A stretch of 64,000 bases of DNA from Planctomycetota bacterium. GTDB lineage: Bacteria > Planctomycetota > B15-G4. The first letter of the stretch is position 1. Each line of letters starts with the position of its first letter. The notes under the pieces are model-generated. The model was not told the DNA's origin and did no database searches. It saw nothing but the letters and a program-made list of their open reading frames with translations. Positions 46,988 to 57,664 of the stretch are shown one piece after another. The DNA is taken from assembly GCA_038212275.1 (NCBI GenBank), contig JBBQUR010000011.1:102872-166871 (forward strand). The letters run 5' to 3'. Both the position numbers and the translations under genes were made by a program.

Positions 46988-48577
46988 TCACGGCGCGAGG
47001 CGACCGCCGGCGGCGGCGGTGGCATCGCGCGTGTCGGCGTCGGCGGCGCCGTCGGCATCCCACCCGCCGCCGAGCGCCTTGCAGAGCGCGACGTAGTCCG
47101 CCGAGAGGTCGCGATCGCTCAGCGCGAGCGCATCGTCCGCGGCAAGCTGCTGCGCCTGCGCCACCAGCACGTCGAGAAAGTCACCGAGGCCGGCCTCGTT
47201 CAGGGCGATGGCGTAGTCGGCGGCGCGCCGCTGCGCGTCAGCCCGCTCGACCAGTATCTGCCGGCGCTCCTGCTCGCGGCCGTAGGCGACCAGCGCGTTG
47301 GCCGTTTCCTCGAAGGCTCCCAGCACGACCTGCCGGTACGAGAGGAGCGCGGCCTGGGCTCGCGCCTCCGCGAGCTGCACGCCGGCGCGACGCAGGCCGC
47401 CGTCCAGCACGGGCCAGTCGAGCCCGCCGCCGATGGACCAGAAGCGGCTGTCCGTCTCGATGAGCTGGGAACGGCGCTGGCTCGAGAGACCCAGCGTTCC
47501 CGTGAGCGAGAATTTCGGCCAGAGATCGGCGACCGCGACGCCGACGCGGGCCGTGGCGGCGGCCAGCTCGCGTTCCGCCGTGCGGACGTCGGGGCGGCGG
47601 CGCAGCAGGTCGGAGGGCAGGCCGAGCGGAACGCGCGGCGGCGGCGGCGGCAGCGCGCTTCCCGTGCCCGTCGCGTCGTCGAGCAGCGCGGCGGCCCCGC
47701 TGCCGGCGTTACGGCCCGTCAGCACGTCGAGCCGGTAAACCGCCGCGCGCTCGGCCGTCTGCAGCGGCGGCAGCGAGGCGCGCGTGTTGGCGGCCTGCCC
47801 TTCGGCGCGCGCCACGTCCAGCTGGGAGGACAGGCCCGCGTTGGCGCGCGCGCGCGTCAGGTCCAGCGTGTCCACCTGCGTGCTGAGATTCTCGCGCGCG
47901 ATGACCAGCCGGCGCTGGGCGCTGCGCAGGTCCAGGTATTCGCGCGACACTTCGGCAAGCAGCGTGACGAGCACGCCGCGTCGGGTCTCCTGCGCCGCCG
48001 CGATGTCCGCATCCGCCGCCTCCACGCTGCGGCGCACGCCTCCGAAGAGGTCCAGCTCCCACAGCGCGTCGAAGCCGGCGGCGAACAGCGAGCTCGTGTC
48101 GCCCGCATCGAAGCTGGAGCTGTTGTTCGAGCTGCGCTCGGCACGCGTGCCGTTGACTCCGGCGTTGAGCTGCGGCGCGTCGGCGGCACCGGCGGCACGA
48201 CGCATCGCCCGGGCCTCCAGCACGCGGGCCTCCGCGATCTGCAGGTCGAGGTTTCCGATGAGAGCCTGCTCCACCAGCGCGTTCAGCGTGGTGTCGTCGA
48301 AGGCCATCCACCAGCGCGAGAGGCCAAGCTCCGCGGCGAGCGCCGCCGCCGCCGAGGCGTCGGCCGAGGCATCAGTCGCGGGCCGGGCGCCCTCTGCCGC
48401 CAGCTCCATCGAGAGCGTGCCGGGCGGAAGTCCGGGCCACGCATCGGGAAGCGGCGTCGCAGGCACGGCGTAGTCCGGACCGACGGTGCAGGCCGTGGCA
48501 AGCAGCGCCGCGGACAGGGCGAGGGTGCGCAAGGCGAAGTGCATGCGGTTTGAACTCTGCATCTGCATGGGTGTCAC
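46988..48577 (-). CDS. Outer-membrane efflux lipoprotein (NodT/OprM/TolC family)
   Basis: Lipobox ATACTVGPDY; WWMAFDD; WELDLFGGVRR; GLPSDLLRRRPDV; LCKALGGGW. Start uncertain (48577-48544). Confidence 0.95.
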   Translation of the reverse strand: MTPMQMQSSNRMHFALRTLALSAALLATACTVGPDYAVPATPLPDAWPGLPPGTLSMELAAEGARPATDASADASAAAALAAELGLSRWWMAFDDTTLNALVEQALIGNLDLQIAEARVLEARAMRRAAGAADAPQLNAGVNGTRAERSSNNSSSFDAGDTSSLFAAGFDALWELDLFGGVRRSVEAADADIAAAQETRRGVLVTLLAEVSREYLDLRSAQRRLVIARENLSTQVDTLDLTRARANAGLSSQLDVARAEGQAANTRASLPPLQTAERAAVYRLDVLTGRNAGSGAAALLDDATGTGSALPPPPPRVPLGLPSDLLRRRPDVRTAERELAAATARVGVAVADLWPKFSLTGTLGLSSQRRSQLIETDSRFWSIGGGLDWPVLDGGLRRAGVQLAEARAQAALLSYRQVVLGAFEETANALVAYGREQERRQILVERADAQRRAADYAIALNEAGLGDFLDVLVAQAQQLAADDALALSDRDLSADYVALCKALGGGWDADGAADADTRDATAAAGGRLAP

Positions 48578-49625
48578 GGTTCCGTGGCCGGCGCTTCGAT
48601 GTACACGTCCATCTGCTGGCCAACGTACAGGGGAAGGTCGCCGCGATGGAAGGAGTAGAGCACCTGGAGCACGCGCGTATCCACACGCTCGGTGCTCTCG
48701 CCGGTGAGCGAACGCTTGGGGACGATGTATGGCTCCATGCGCACGAAGCTCAGCTCCACGGCAAGGTCCTTGTTGCCGCGTGCCGAGGCCACGGCCTGGC
48801 CGTCGGGCCGCACGCGCCAGGAGTCGTTCTCGTCCACGTCGACGCGCACGTGCAGCGTGTCGACGTCGCCCAGCAGCATGAGCGGCGTGGCCAGCACACC
48901 CGCCGGCGCGTATTCGCCGGCGCGCAGCTTAACCTGCAGGAGCTGCCCCGCGACCGGCGCGCGCACGGTGAGGCGGTCGAGGTTGATCTCGGCCTGGCGC
49001 GAGCGCGCTTCAGCCGCGTCCACGTCGGCCCGCGCCGCGGCCAGTTCGGGCTCCCACGCGCCGGCCTCGAGCAGCGCGAGCGCGCCCTTCTGCTCGGCGA
49101 CGCGCGCCTCCGCCGCCCGCACGGAGAATCTGCGCTGGTCGAGTCCTTCGCGCGACACGGCACGCTTGTCGGCGACGGAGTCCCAGATGTCGAGGCTGTT
49201 CTTCGACTCCGCGAGGTCCGCTTCCGCCTCGGCGACGCGCGCCTCGGCCGCCGGGACATCCTCGGGGCGCGGCAGGCTCGCCAGTCGCGACAGCGCCGCG
49301 CGCGCCTGGGCCAACTCGGCGCGCGTGACGCCGAGCTCGGCCTGCAGCGCGCGGTCGTCGATCTGGAACAGCGGGTCGCCCTCGCGGACGCGATCGCCGA
49401 CGGTCACGTGCACCGCGGTGACGAGGCCCGCCACCGGCGTGCCGATCGCGATGTTCTCCGTGCTCGCCTCGATGAGCCCCGCCCCGGCGACGTAGTTCTC
49501 GAAGGGCGGCCGCGCCGGGTCCGCGACGGCGTGCGCGACGGGCAGCGGCTTGTCGGCGCGCAGCGAGGCAACGACCGCGAACACCACGCCCACGAGGGCG
49601 AGCAGCGGCAGCAGGTAGCGCGTGA

Positions 49626-49629
<4 letters not shown>
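48574..49629 (-). CDS. Efflux periplasmic adaptor (MFP/HlyD family)
   Basis: N-terminal TM; lipoyl-like GDRVREGDPLFQID; coiled coil; VRAPVAG; ERVDTRVLQV. Confidence 0.92.
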
Positions 49630-50537
<908 letters not shown>

Positions 50538-50541
50538 CGGA

Positions 50542-51702
50542 TCAGCTCTTGAACACGATGGCCGGCTCGAGCGTCATCACCTTGCGGATGCTGACCAGCG
50601 CGGACGAGAGGCAGATGAAGGTGATCGCGCCGGCCGTGATGAGCAGCAACTGCCACGGCAGCCGGAAGGCCAGCTCGCTGTTGCGCGTGAGGTAGCCGAA
50701 CAGCGTCGCGGCGCCGACGCCGAGTCCGTAGCCGATCGCACCGACGATCGTGGCCTGCAGCAGGATCATGCGCAGCAGCATGCCGTCGGACGCACCCATG
50801 GCCTTGAGGGCTCCGAAGTGCCGCAGGTTGTCCAGCGTGAAGTTGAAGAAGGTCTGGCCTGCGATGGCGATGCCGACGATGAAGCCCAGCACGACAGCGA
50901 TGCCGAAGTTGATCGGGATGCCCGTGTACTTCAGGTAGTACTGCAGCGTGAGATCCTTGAAGCCCTGCGAGGTCTGCGCCGCGAGGCCGGTCACGGCGGA
51001 GATGCGGTCCGCCACGAGCTGCGGATCCTCGCCGGGCCGCGCCTTCACGAGCACGAACGACAGCAGCTTGCGCTCGCGCGGCGCGTAGGTCGTCGCACGC
51101 GAGAACGTCGTGTAGATGACCGGCTGCGACTGGAAGGTGCGCGAGACCTCGCAGATGCCGACGACGACCGCGCGGTGGTCGTTGATTTCCAGCGTGTCGC
51201 CGACGACCAGCGGCGCCCGCGGCCCGCCGGGGAAGGCGGGCGCGTGCGCGAGCTTGCCGTTCGCGCCGTTGCTGTCCACGATGACGCCTTCGGCGCGGCG
51301 CAGGTCCGCGAGGCGGCCGTCCAGCATGCGCGCCGGGCCGCCGAGAAGCGTCGCATCGTCGAGCCCGAAGACGTTGCAGGTCTGGAAGGTGCCGTCCTGC
51401 AGGCGCGCCTTGAGCAGCGACTTGTAGAGCGGCACGGCCCAGTCCACGCCCTCGACGCTGCGCACGCGGTACAGCTCCGTGTCCTGCATCGGCTTCACGT
51501 CGTCGATGAACTGCACCTTGGGGTCCATGACCCAGATGTCCGCGGCGCCGACGTCTGTGACGGCATTGAAGGTGCGCGTCATCAGCCCGGTGAAGACGGC
51601 TGCCTGCTGCGTGATGAGCAGCGAGGCGAAGGTGAGTCCCATCACGATGCCGATGTATTTGGCCTTGTCTCCGACGAGCATTTTCCAGGCGACGTAGTTC
51701 AT
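50542..51702 (-). CDS. ABC transporter permease (MacB/FtsX/DevC-like)
   Basis: From MNYVAWKML: TM, large periplasmic domain, then 3 TM; FGALKAMGA. Confidence 0.92.
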   Translation of the reverse strand: MNYVAWKMLVGDKAKYIGIVMGLTFASLLITQQAAVFTGLMTRTFNAVTDVGAADIWVMDPKVQFIDDVKPMQDTELYRVRSVEGVDWAVPLYKSLLKARLQDGTFQTCNVFGLDDATLLGGPARMLDGRLADLRRAEGVIVDSNGANGKLAHAPAFPGGPRAPLVVGDTLEINDHRAVVVGICEVSRTFQSQPVIYTTFSRATTYAPRERKLLSFVLVKARPGEDPQLVADRISAVTGLAAQTSQGFKDLTLQYYLKYTGIPINFGIAVVLGFIVGIAIAGQTFFNFTLDNLRHFGALKAMGASDGMLLRMILLQATIVGAIGYGLGVGAATLFGYLTRNSELAFRLPWQLLLITAGAITFICLSSALVSIRKVMTLEPAIVFKS

Positions 51703-52427
51703 CGCACACGCCTCCTGCGTGCCGCAGGGGCCGTGCGTGCGTCGCCGCCCGCCGCGGATGCGCGCAGCGCCCCGAGCGCCCCGGCGGAGAAGCCCGCGAT
51801 GTGCTCCGCAAGCCGCTCGATGTCCTCCGGCGCGTAGTGTTGTTCCGGGAACAGTCTCGCGACGACGGGCCGGCTGTGGTGATAGAAAACGCACTGCCCC
51901 ACGACGCTCCCCGCGGACCAGCGCACGCGCTCGTCGCTGGCGGCCGGGCCGAGGAGCTCGCGCACGATGTCCATGAGCAGCACGCACTGCGGGCGGATGT
52001 TCGACTGCACCAGCGCGTCGAGCGCCGGCGTCGGCTCGATCATCTCGCGTGCGATGAGCTTCCCGAACCAGGCGGGCTGCCCCGCGTCGAAGATGCGCTG
52101 CAGGAAGGCGCGCACGAAAAGAAACAGCCGCCGTTCGGCCGACACCTCGGCCCCCTCTTCGGCATGCATCGGGAAGCGCTGCAGCGCGCAGCCGTGCGCA
52201 TGCTGCAGCACCTCGGCGTAGAGCTGCCCCTTGTCGCGGAAGTGGTAGTGCACCGCCGCGACGTTGGCGCCGGCCCGGTCGCAGATGTCGCGCACCGTCG
52301 CCGCCCGGAAACCCTGCGCCGCGAAGATCTCGCCGGCCGCCTCGAGCAGCCTGGCCCGCGTCCCCGGAGCGGTCGCCGCGCGGTCGGCCTCGAGGGGACG
52401 GCGAGCGGCAGTTCGGGATCGGACCAT
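51699..52427 (-). CDS. TetR family regulator (CecR/DUF1956-like)
   Basis: TRARLLEAAGEIFAAQGF...ATVRDIC..AGANVAAVHYHFRDK HTH; REMIEPT, SVVGQCVFY; ATGA overlap with the permease. Confidence 0.92.
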   Translation of the reverse strand: MVRSRTAARRPLEADRAATAPGTRARLLEAAGEIFAAQGFRAATVRDICDRAGANVAAVHYHFRDKGQLYAEVLQHAHGCALQRFPMHAEEGAEVSAERRLFLFVRAFLQRIFDAGQPAWFGKLIAREMIEPTPALDALVQSNIRPQCVLLMDIVRELLGPAASDERVRWSAGSVVGQCVFYHHSRPVVARLFPEQHYAPEDIERLAEHIAGFSAGALGALRASAAGGDARTAPAARRRRVR

Positions 52428-52434
52428 GGGCGCC

Positions 52435-52485
52435 TCAAACGGTTGTTTGAAGCGCGCACTTTAAACATGCGATTGAGATTGTCAA
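52435..52485 (-). promoter_or_regulatory. Sigma70-type promoter with two palindromic operator sites for the TetR/efflux operon
   Basis: Minus strand TTGACA (52485-52480), 16 bp, TAAAGT (52463-52458); palindrome TCAAAC-N4-GTTTGA at 52435-52450 and degenerate TTAAAC-N4-GATTGA at 52461-52476. Confidence 0.75.
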
Positions 52486-52492
52486 CGCAGCG

Positions 52493-54145
52493 TCAGCCGC
52501 GCGGCGGGCCTCGGAAGGCGGCGCTCACCTTGGCGCGATCCTTGTCCGTCTTCGGGTATTTGCCGGTCGCGGTGAGGGCGGCGGCGGCCGAAACATCGAG
52601 GTGCTCGCCGATGAGTTCCCATTCACGGAGTTGCTGGAAGTACTCGGCCTCGAGGATCAAGTTGAAGAGCGCCGTTCGCGCCGCCATGTCCACGGGCTGG
52701 CCGTAGAGCCACTGGGCCTGGGCGCGATGGTCGGTCAGCGACAGCAGCCCTGCGCCGCCCAGCGCCCGGGCGCGCTCCGCGATGTCGGCGTGTCCGATGT
52801 CGGTCAGCATCTCCTCGGTGGGAAGGGCCTCGAACGCCTCGATCGCCGGCACACCACCCAGCGAACGCGCGAAGACCACGGGCAGCGGGTCGCTGTCAGG
52901 CATGCCGCTGGCGGGCGTGCGGCCTTCGCGATCGAGCAGCTCCAGCAGAGCGGCGCCGTCTCCCGGAGCCACGTCGATCAGCAGATTGAGAGCGCAGCGG
53001 GCATAGGCGCGGTCGCGCGGCAGAAAGCTTTCGTGCTTCGCCATGAAGGCGAAACTCGCGGGCGCTGCCGACTTCCGGTCCGCCACGAGTTCGGTCCAGT
53101 GGCGCGTCTTGCTTGCGGGGCGAGCCTCCCACGAGTTGCCCGTCTTCTGCACCTTCGTCGCCAGATCGGCGGGAGGGCCCGTGACCGGCGGAGGCGGCTG
53201 CTGGCCGATGGGCACGAAACCCGACCATCCCGGCCTGTACCAGCCCGGTGTCTGGCTGGTCCATGCCTCGCTGCCGACCCACGCCTCGCCGTAGGCCTCG
53301 ATGTCCAGCTCGTCGATGAGTCCCTGGCCGACCCACGGCGGCACGAGTCCCCAACTGCCGAGGCGCAGCGCCCGGTTGCTGACGTGCGCCACCGCGTAGT
53401 AGCCGATGCCGTGCTCGCTCCACGGCCCGAGCTGTGAGGCGATCGTCGGATGCGCGACGTTGAAGACCTGCACCTCCCAGGTGCGCATGACTTCGGCATG
53501 AAGATTCGCGGGAGTCCACACCTGGTTGGCCGGCTTCCAGCCCGAGAAGGCTCCGTCCTCGCAACGATCCACGAGCGCGACGAGGCTGTCGTAACCGCGC
53601 TCACCGTGCTCGCGGTCCGAATCGCAGAGCACCATCGGAAAGCGATGCCCCGACACGAGGCCCTGCGGGCGGCCGAAATGCCGCGCCATGACCGGAGCCG
53701 TCGCCGCGAGCCCGGCGGCCGCCTTGTCGAGCAGCTTCTGCGCCTCCTTGGCATTGGAAAGTCCATCGGCCTTGTAGACGTAGAGGTCGAAGGGGCCGAC
53801 AGCGCGCGCAAGGAAGACCGGCGCCTTGAGCACGGCATCGAACAGCTCGCGCCCGCCGGCGGGCGCGGAAGCGAGACCGTCACCGAAGGCGTTGTGCAGC
53901 AGCACGTCGAGTGCGGCTTTCGCCGCCGGGTCCGACGACGTGTCCGACGCGGCGACGGGTGCGACCGTCGCAACCGGCGGCATCAGCGCCGTGACGTCCG
54001 CGCTTGCGAGCCCGAGCACGCTGCAGAGCAGGAGGCCGAACCCTCGGCCGGGCCACGGGCCAAGGAGTCGCGTCACTCGTCGCGTGGCCAGCCGGCGCGC
54101 GACCGGTTGGTGTCTTGAGCATGAGTCGGGCGATTCGTGTGGCAT
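52493..54145 (-). CDS. Exported protein of unknown function, paralog 3 of 3
   Basis: AGGAG RBS before ATG 54145; Arg-rich then hydrophobic leader; same motif set as the genes at 28599 and 45328. Confidence 0.88.
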   Translation of the reverse strand: MPHESPDSCSRHQPVARRLATRRVTRLLGPWPGRGFGLLLCSVLGLASADVTALMPPVATVAPVAASDTSSDPAAKAALDVLLHNAFGDGLASAPAGGRELFDAVLKAPVFLARAVGPFDLYVYKADGLSNAKEAQKLLDKAAAGLAATAPVMARHFGRPQGLVSGHRFPMVLCDSDREHGERGYDSLVALVDRCEDGAFSGWKPANQVWTPANLHAEVMRTWEVQVFNVAHPTIASQLGPWSEHGIGYYAVAHVSNRALRLGSWGLVPPWVGQGLIDELDIEAYGEAWVGSEAWTSQTPGWYRPGWSGFVPIGQQPPPPVTGPPADLATKVQKTGNSWEARPASKTRHWTELVADRKSAAPASFAFMAKHESFLPRDRAYARCALNLLIDVAPGDGAALLELLDREGRTPASGMPDSDPLPVVFARSLGGVPAIEAFEALPTEEMLTDIGHADIAERARALGGAGLLSLTDHRAQAQWLYGQPVDMAARTALFNLILEAEYFQQLREWELIGEHLDVSAAAALTATGKYPKTDKDRAKVSAAFRGPPRG

Positions 54146-54440
54146 GGTTGTTCTCTCCTGTCCTCCCGTCGGAAGATCCCGGCGCGGCGGCTTCCCGCTG
54201 GGCCTCTGCAGGTCATCGACTTCCGAGGCGCGCAGCTTCAGTGGCAACGGATACACGGGCCGGCGCCCGAGGCATCACTTCCCAAGACGGAATTCCGACG
54301 AGGTGCGAAGCAGAGTTCTCTGCTCTCGATCGACGTGCCGCCGCACACACGACAATTGTGATGAATGCGCATCTCGCGCCGCGCGCGCATCGCCTGCACC
54401 GACCACGGCCGCCGACCACGGCCAGCGGCTGGTGTCGCGG

Positions 54441-55700
54441 TCAGCGTCGCGCCGCGAGCTCCCCGAGAACCCAGGCGAATTCGCGATGAAGGCAGTCGAG
54501 CAGGCGACCGGCACCGAGAGCCCGACGTTCATCCGGCGGTATCAAGGCGTACGAATAGGTCTCGATTTCCAGGTGCGGCGTGACATCGCGGCTCCCCGCC
54601 CATTGCAGCACCTCGGCCAGTTCCGGGCGTGTCGTGCCAAGCTCGCCGACTTCGCCGAGGCGCTCCGCGAACAGCGGCACGTGGAAGTGGATGCGCCAGG
54701 TCGTGTCGTCACTCGAGGCGTCGCACGCAGCCTGGCCGTCCGGCCGTTGCACCGCACTCGGAGGTGACGCATCCCCCACGCCCGTCGCATCGCCTGCATG
54801 CAGCGAGGCCAGCGCCTCGGGAAGGTCGGCCCAACGCTGCAACGAGCCACTTGCTCCGCGCGCGATGACCTGATGAAACCAGCGATCCTCCGCATAGCGG
54901 CGCAAGGCCGCGACGTGACGGCCCGGCGCGCGCACGGCCAGGGCGCTGGAGAGCTGCAGCTTGGCCACCGGGATCTCCGCTGCACGCAGCGCCGCCAGCG
55001 AGGCGCGCGGCGACTCGAACTCCACCGCCTGGTGGCACGCGTCGTAGCAGAGACCCAGATGCTGGCGCGCGCGCGCGCCGTGAGGCCAGAGCCACGTCTC
55101 GAAAAACGCCACCGTCTCCGCCGTCGTCTCGAGCAGCGACAGCGGTTCGGGTTCGAGCGCGAGCACGATGCGACGTCCCGTGCGCTGCTCGAGGGCCGCC
55201 AGTCCGTCCGCCGCCTGGCGCAGGCCAGCCGCGACGGCTGCGTGCGACGGACACTGTCCGCCCCACGGCTTGTAGCCACCCGTGTGCGTGGAGACCGAAC
55301 CGACAAGCCCCTCCGGCAACAAGGCCGCCAGCGCCGCCGCAGCCGTCAGCGTGTAGTGCAGTCGCTCGGGCTGCGCCCAGGTCGGCCGGAACACCGCATC
55401 CTTCACGCGGCCGCCGTGAAAGTCCCCGTATGGAAAGGCATTGACGGTGAAGACGTGCAGCCCGAGCGCGGCGAGCCGGGCGGCAAGCGGCGTCGGATCG
55501 GCAGCCACGGCTCGCGCGACGGGCTCGGGAAGCCAGAGCCCCACGCCAAGACTGCAGCCTGTCGCCAGCAGCCCCGACTCCACGAGGCGCGCGCGCAGCG
55601 GCGCTGCGTGACTCTCCAGCGCCGCGCACAGCCCGACCAGGTCCGCGTACGGATGGACATTGGTGCAGTAGCCGAGCTGCTGGCCGCCGGGCAGCTCCAT
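54441..55700 (-). CDS. eboE: EboE-like TIM-barrel (xylose isomerase-like) protein
   Basis: GYCTNVHP, TVNAFPYGDFH, VKDAVFRP, ALEPEP, CYDACHQAV, KLQLSSAL, WRIHFHVP, HLEIETY. Confidence 0.85.
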   Translation of the reverse strand: MELPGGQQLGYCTNVHPYADLVGLCAALESHAAPLRARLVESGLLATGCSLGVGLWLPEPVARAVAADPTPLAARLAALGLHVFTVNAFPYGDFHGGRVKDAVFRPTWAQPERLHYTLTAAAALAALLPEGLVGSVSTHTGGYKPWGGQCPSHAAVAAGLRQAADGLAALEQRTGRRIVLALEPEPLSLLETTAETVAFFETWLWPHGARARQHLGLCYDACHQAVEFESPRASLAALRAAEIPVAKLQLSSALAVRAPGRHVAALRRYAEDRWFHQVIARGASGSLQRWADLPEALASLHAGDATGVGDASPPSAVQRPDGQAACDASSDDTTWRIHFHVPLFAERLGEVGELGTTRPELAEVLQWAGSRDVTPHLEIETYSYALIPPDERRALGAGRLLDCLHREFAWVLGELAARR

Positions 55701-55945
55701 CAGTCGCGGCTGAAGTAGTTCACGAGCCAGATCACCACCACGGCGCCGATGGTGGCGCTGACCAGAGATCCGATGACGCTTCCGTTCGTGAACAGGCCGA
55801 GGAGGCCGAGCAGGAAGCCGCCCACCACCGAGCCGATCACGCCCAGCAGGAGGTTGGAGCCGAGACTGCGCTTGCGGGTCTTCATCATCAGGCTGGCCAG
55901 CCAGCCGGCGGCAAGTCCGATGAGGAGCCACCAGATGAGATTCAT
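55700..55945 (-). CDS. GlsB/YeaQ/YmgE (transglycosylase-associated) small membrane protein
   Basis: WLLIGLAAGWLAS...LLGVIGSVVGGFL...ATIGAVVVIW, three Gly-rich TM helices; stop overlaps the eboE start. Confidence 0.9.
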   Translation of the reverse strand: MNLIWWLLIGLAAGWLASLMMKTRKRSLGSNLLLGVIGSVVGGFLLGLLGLFTNGSVIGSLVSATIGAVVVIWLVNYFSRD

Positions 55946-56335
55946 CAAGTTGAGTCATCCAGAGTGAGGCTCCCGCGGGCGCAGGAGCGAGGCATGGCCG
56001 GTACCGTCACGGCGGTGCGGACAACTTACGCGACGGAGGGGCTGCTTTGGGCAGCGGGCGCTCCGGCAGGCGGGCTGTCTGCGCCCCCCGGCAGCTGGCT
56101 GGCTGCCCCGGAGGCGTGGTCAGGGCCGGAGCCGGCTGCCGCGAAGCCCCTCGTGAAGTGGGCGGGCCGAATCCCCGCCTCGTCCCCGCCACCCCGCATG
56201 AAGAGCGCAACGTTCCAACGCGCGCCGGGTTCGGAGCGTCGAGCAGTCCGTCGGCAGCGTCGGATCGCTACACTGCCTCCACTCCTTGCCCGGTAGCGCC
56301 GATGCTGACCCGGCATTCTCACGAGGGAAAGAACC

Positions 56336-57193
56336 ATGTCCACCACATCCACGCGCTGGCTCTCTGCCGCCGCGATGATTGCCGGTCTTGCGCTGGCGAC
56401 GCCCGTCAGCGCTCAGCGCGATGGCGGTACCGCTCCCGCACCGGCTCCCGCGCGCCCGCAGATCGAGCCCGCACCAGAGCGCCCGGTCGGCGATCCCGCC
56501 GCGAAGCGTGAAGCGCAGGCCGGCGCGCCTGGCGCAGCGGCCACTCGCGGCGGCTCCATGTCGCGCGACGAGATGCTGGCCAAGTTCGCTCAGAGGGAGG
56601 CCGAGCATCGCGACCGCTCCGCCAAGTTCGCCCGCCTCCGCGAGATCGCTCAGGCCGATGGCAAGGCCGAGAGGCTGGCGCAGATCACTGAACTCGAGCG
56701 CAAGGAAAACGAGCACTTCGCGGCGATGAGCGCCAAGGCTCGTGGCGTGCTGGGTGATGAACAGTTCCGCAAGACCGAGGAGCAACTCAACAAGGGTCGT
56801 CGTCGGGCGCAACAGGCCCACGACGCCAACGCCGACCGCAAGGCGAACAAGGACATCTCGCCGGAGCGCAAGGAAGCCCAGCGCGAGAAGCAGGCAGAGC
56901 AGCCCAAGCGCGACGGCAGCAACGCCCCGGCCGCCGAGCGTCCGAAGCATGACGGCGAGCGGAAGCCCGACGCCAAGCCGGAACGCGATGCGAAGCCTGA
57001 ACGCGATGCCAAGCCGAAGGCCGATGCCAGCAGGCCGAAGGCCGATGCCAAGCCGGAACGCGGTGGTCAGGCAGAGCGCGGTGGTCAGGCTGCGCCGCAG
57101 GGTGGCGAGCGTCCGAAGCAGGTCAACAACGCTGCAAGGAAGTCGGACAACACGCCTTCCGGGTCCCGCGGCGGCAAGCCGAGGAGCATGTGA
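56336..57193 (+). CDS. Secreted, highly charged helical/low-complexity protein
   Basis: Signal peptide ending PVSA; GAGGGA upstream; helical core; repeated KPERDA/KPKADA units at the C-terminus. Confidence 0.75.
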   Translation: MSTTSTRWLSAAAMIAGLALATPVSAQRDGGTAPAPAPARPQIEPAPERPVGDPAAKREAQAGAPGAAATRGGSMSRDEMLAKFAQREAEHRDRSAKFARLREIAQADGKAERLAQITELERKENEHFAAMSAKARGVLGDEQFRKTEEQLNKGRRRAQQAHDANADRKANKDISPERKEAQREKQAEQPKRDGSNAPAAERPKHDGERKPDAKPERDAKPERDAKPKADASRPKADAKPERGGQAERGGQAAPQGGERPKQVNNAARKSDNTPSGSRGGKPRSM

Positions 57194-57585
57194 TGAAGAC
57201 CGGCAACAGGTTCGGAATGCTCTCGGCCGCGCTGTGCGTTGCGCTGCTCACTGGCTGCAGCGGCGATGCGGGAGCATCCGGCAGCGGCGCGAGCACGGGC
57301 GCCAAGGAGGCCGTCAAGGCTCCGGTGAAGACCGGCACCGAGGCAGCAGCCAAGGGTGAAATGGCCGCGAAACCGGCTGCCAACGACGTGATGGCAGGCG
57401 TCGACAAGGCCGCGAAGAAGACGGAGGAAGCCGTGGCCGCCACGAACGCCGATGCTCAGGCCGCACTGGCCGCGATCCCGACGCAGGATGAGCTGGACGC
57501 TGCAGCTGCTGCGGAGATCTCGAGCGCCAACGCGGATGCGGAGTTCGAGAAGCTCTCGAAGGAGATCGAGAAGGGCGACGGCTGA
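57193..57585 (+). CDS. Ala/Lys-rich lipoprotein
   Basis: Lipobox LTGC; TGATG overlap with the upstream gene; GAGGAG upstream. Confidence 0.8.
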   Translation: MKTGNRFGMLSAALCVALLTGCSGDAGASGSGASTGAKEAVKAPVKTGTEAAAKGEMAAKPAANDVMAGVDKAAKKTEEAVAATNADAQAALAAIPTQDELDAAAAAEISSANADAEFEKLSKEIEKGDG

Positions 57586-57621
57586 CAGCCGGCTGCCCGA
57601 CCCGACTCACGTTCGGACGGA

Positions 57622-57662
57622 CGACGGCGCGCGTCCCGGAACCCCCGGGGCGCGCGCCGTCG
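57622..57662. terminator. GC-rich hairpin between convergent genes
   Basis: CGACGGCGCGCGTCCCGG-aaccc-CCGGGGCGCGCGCCGTCG; no U-tract. Confidence 0.7.
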
Positions 57663-57664
57663 CG

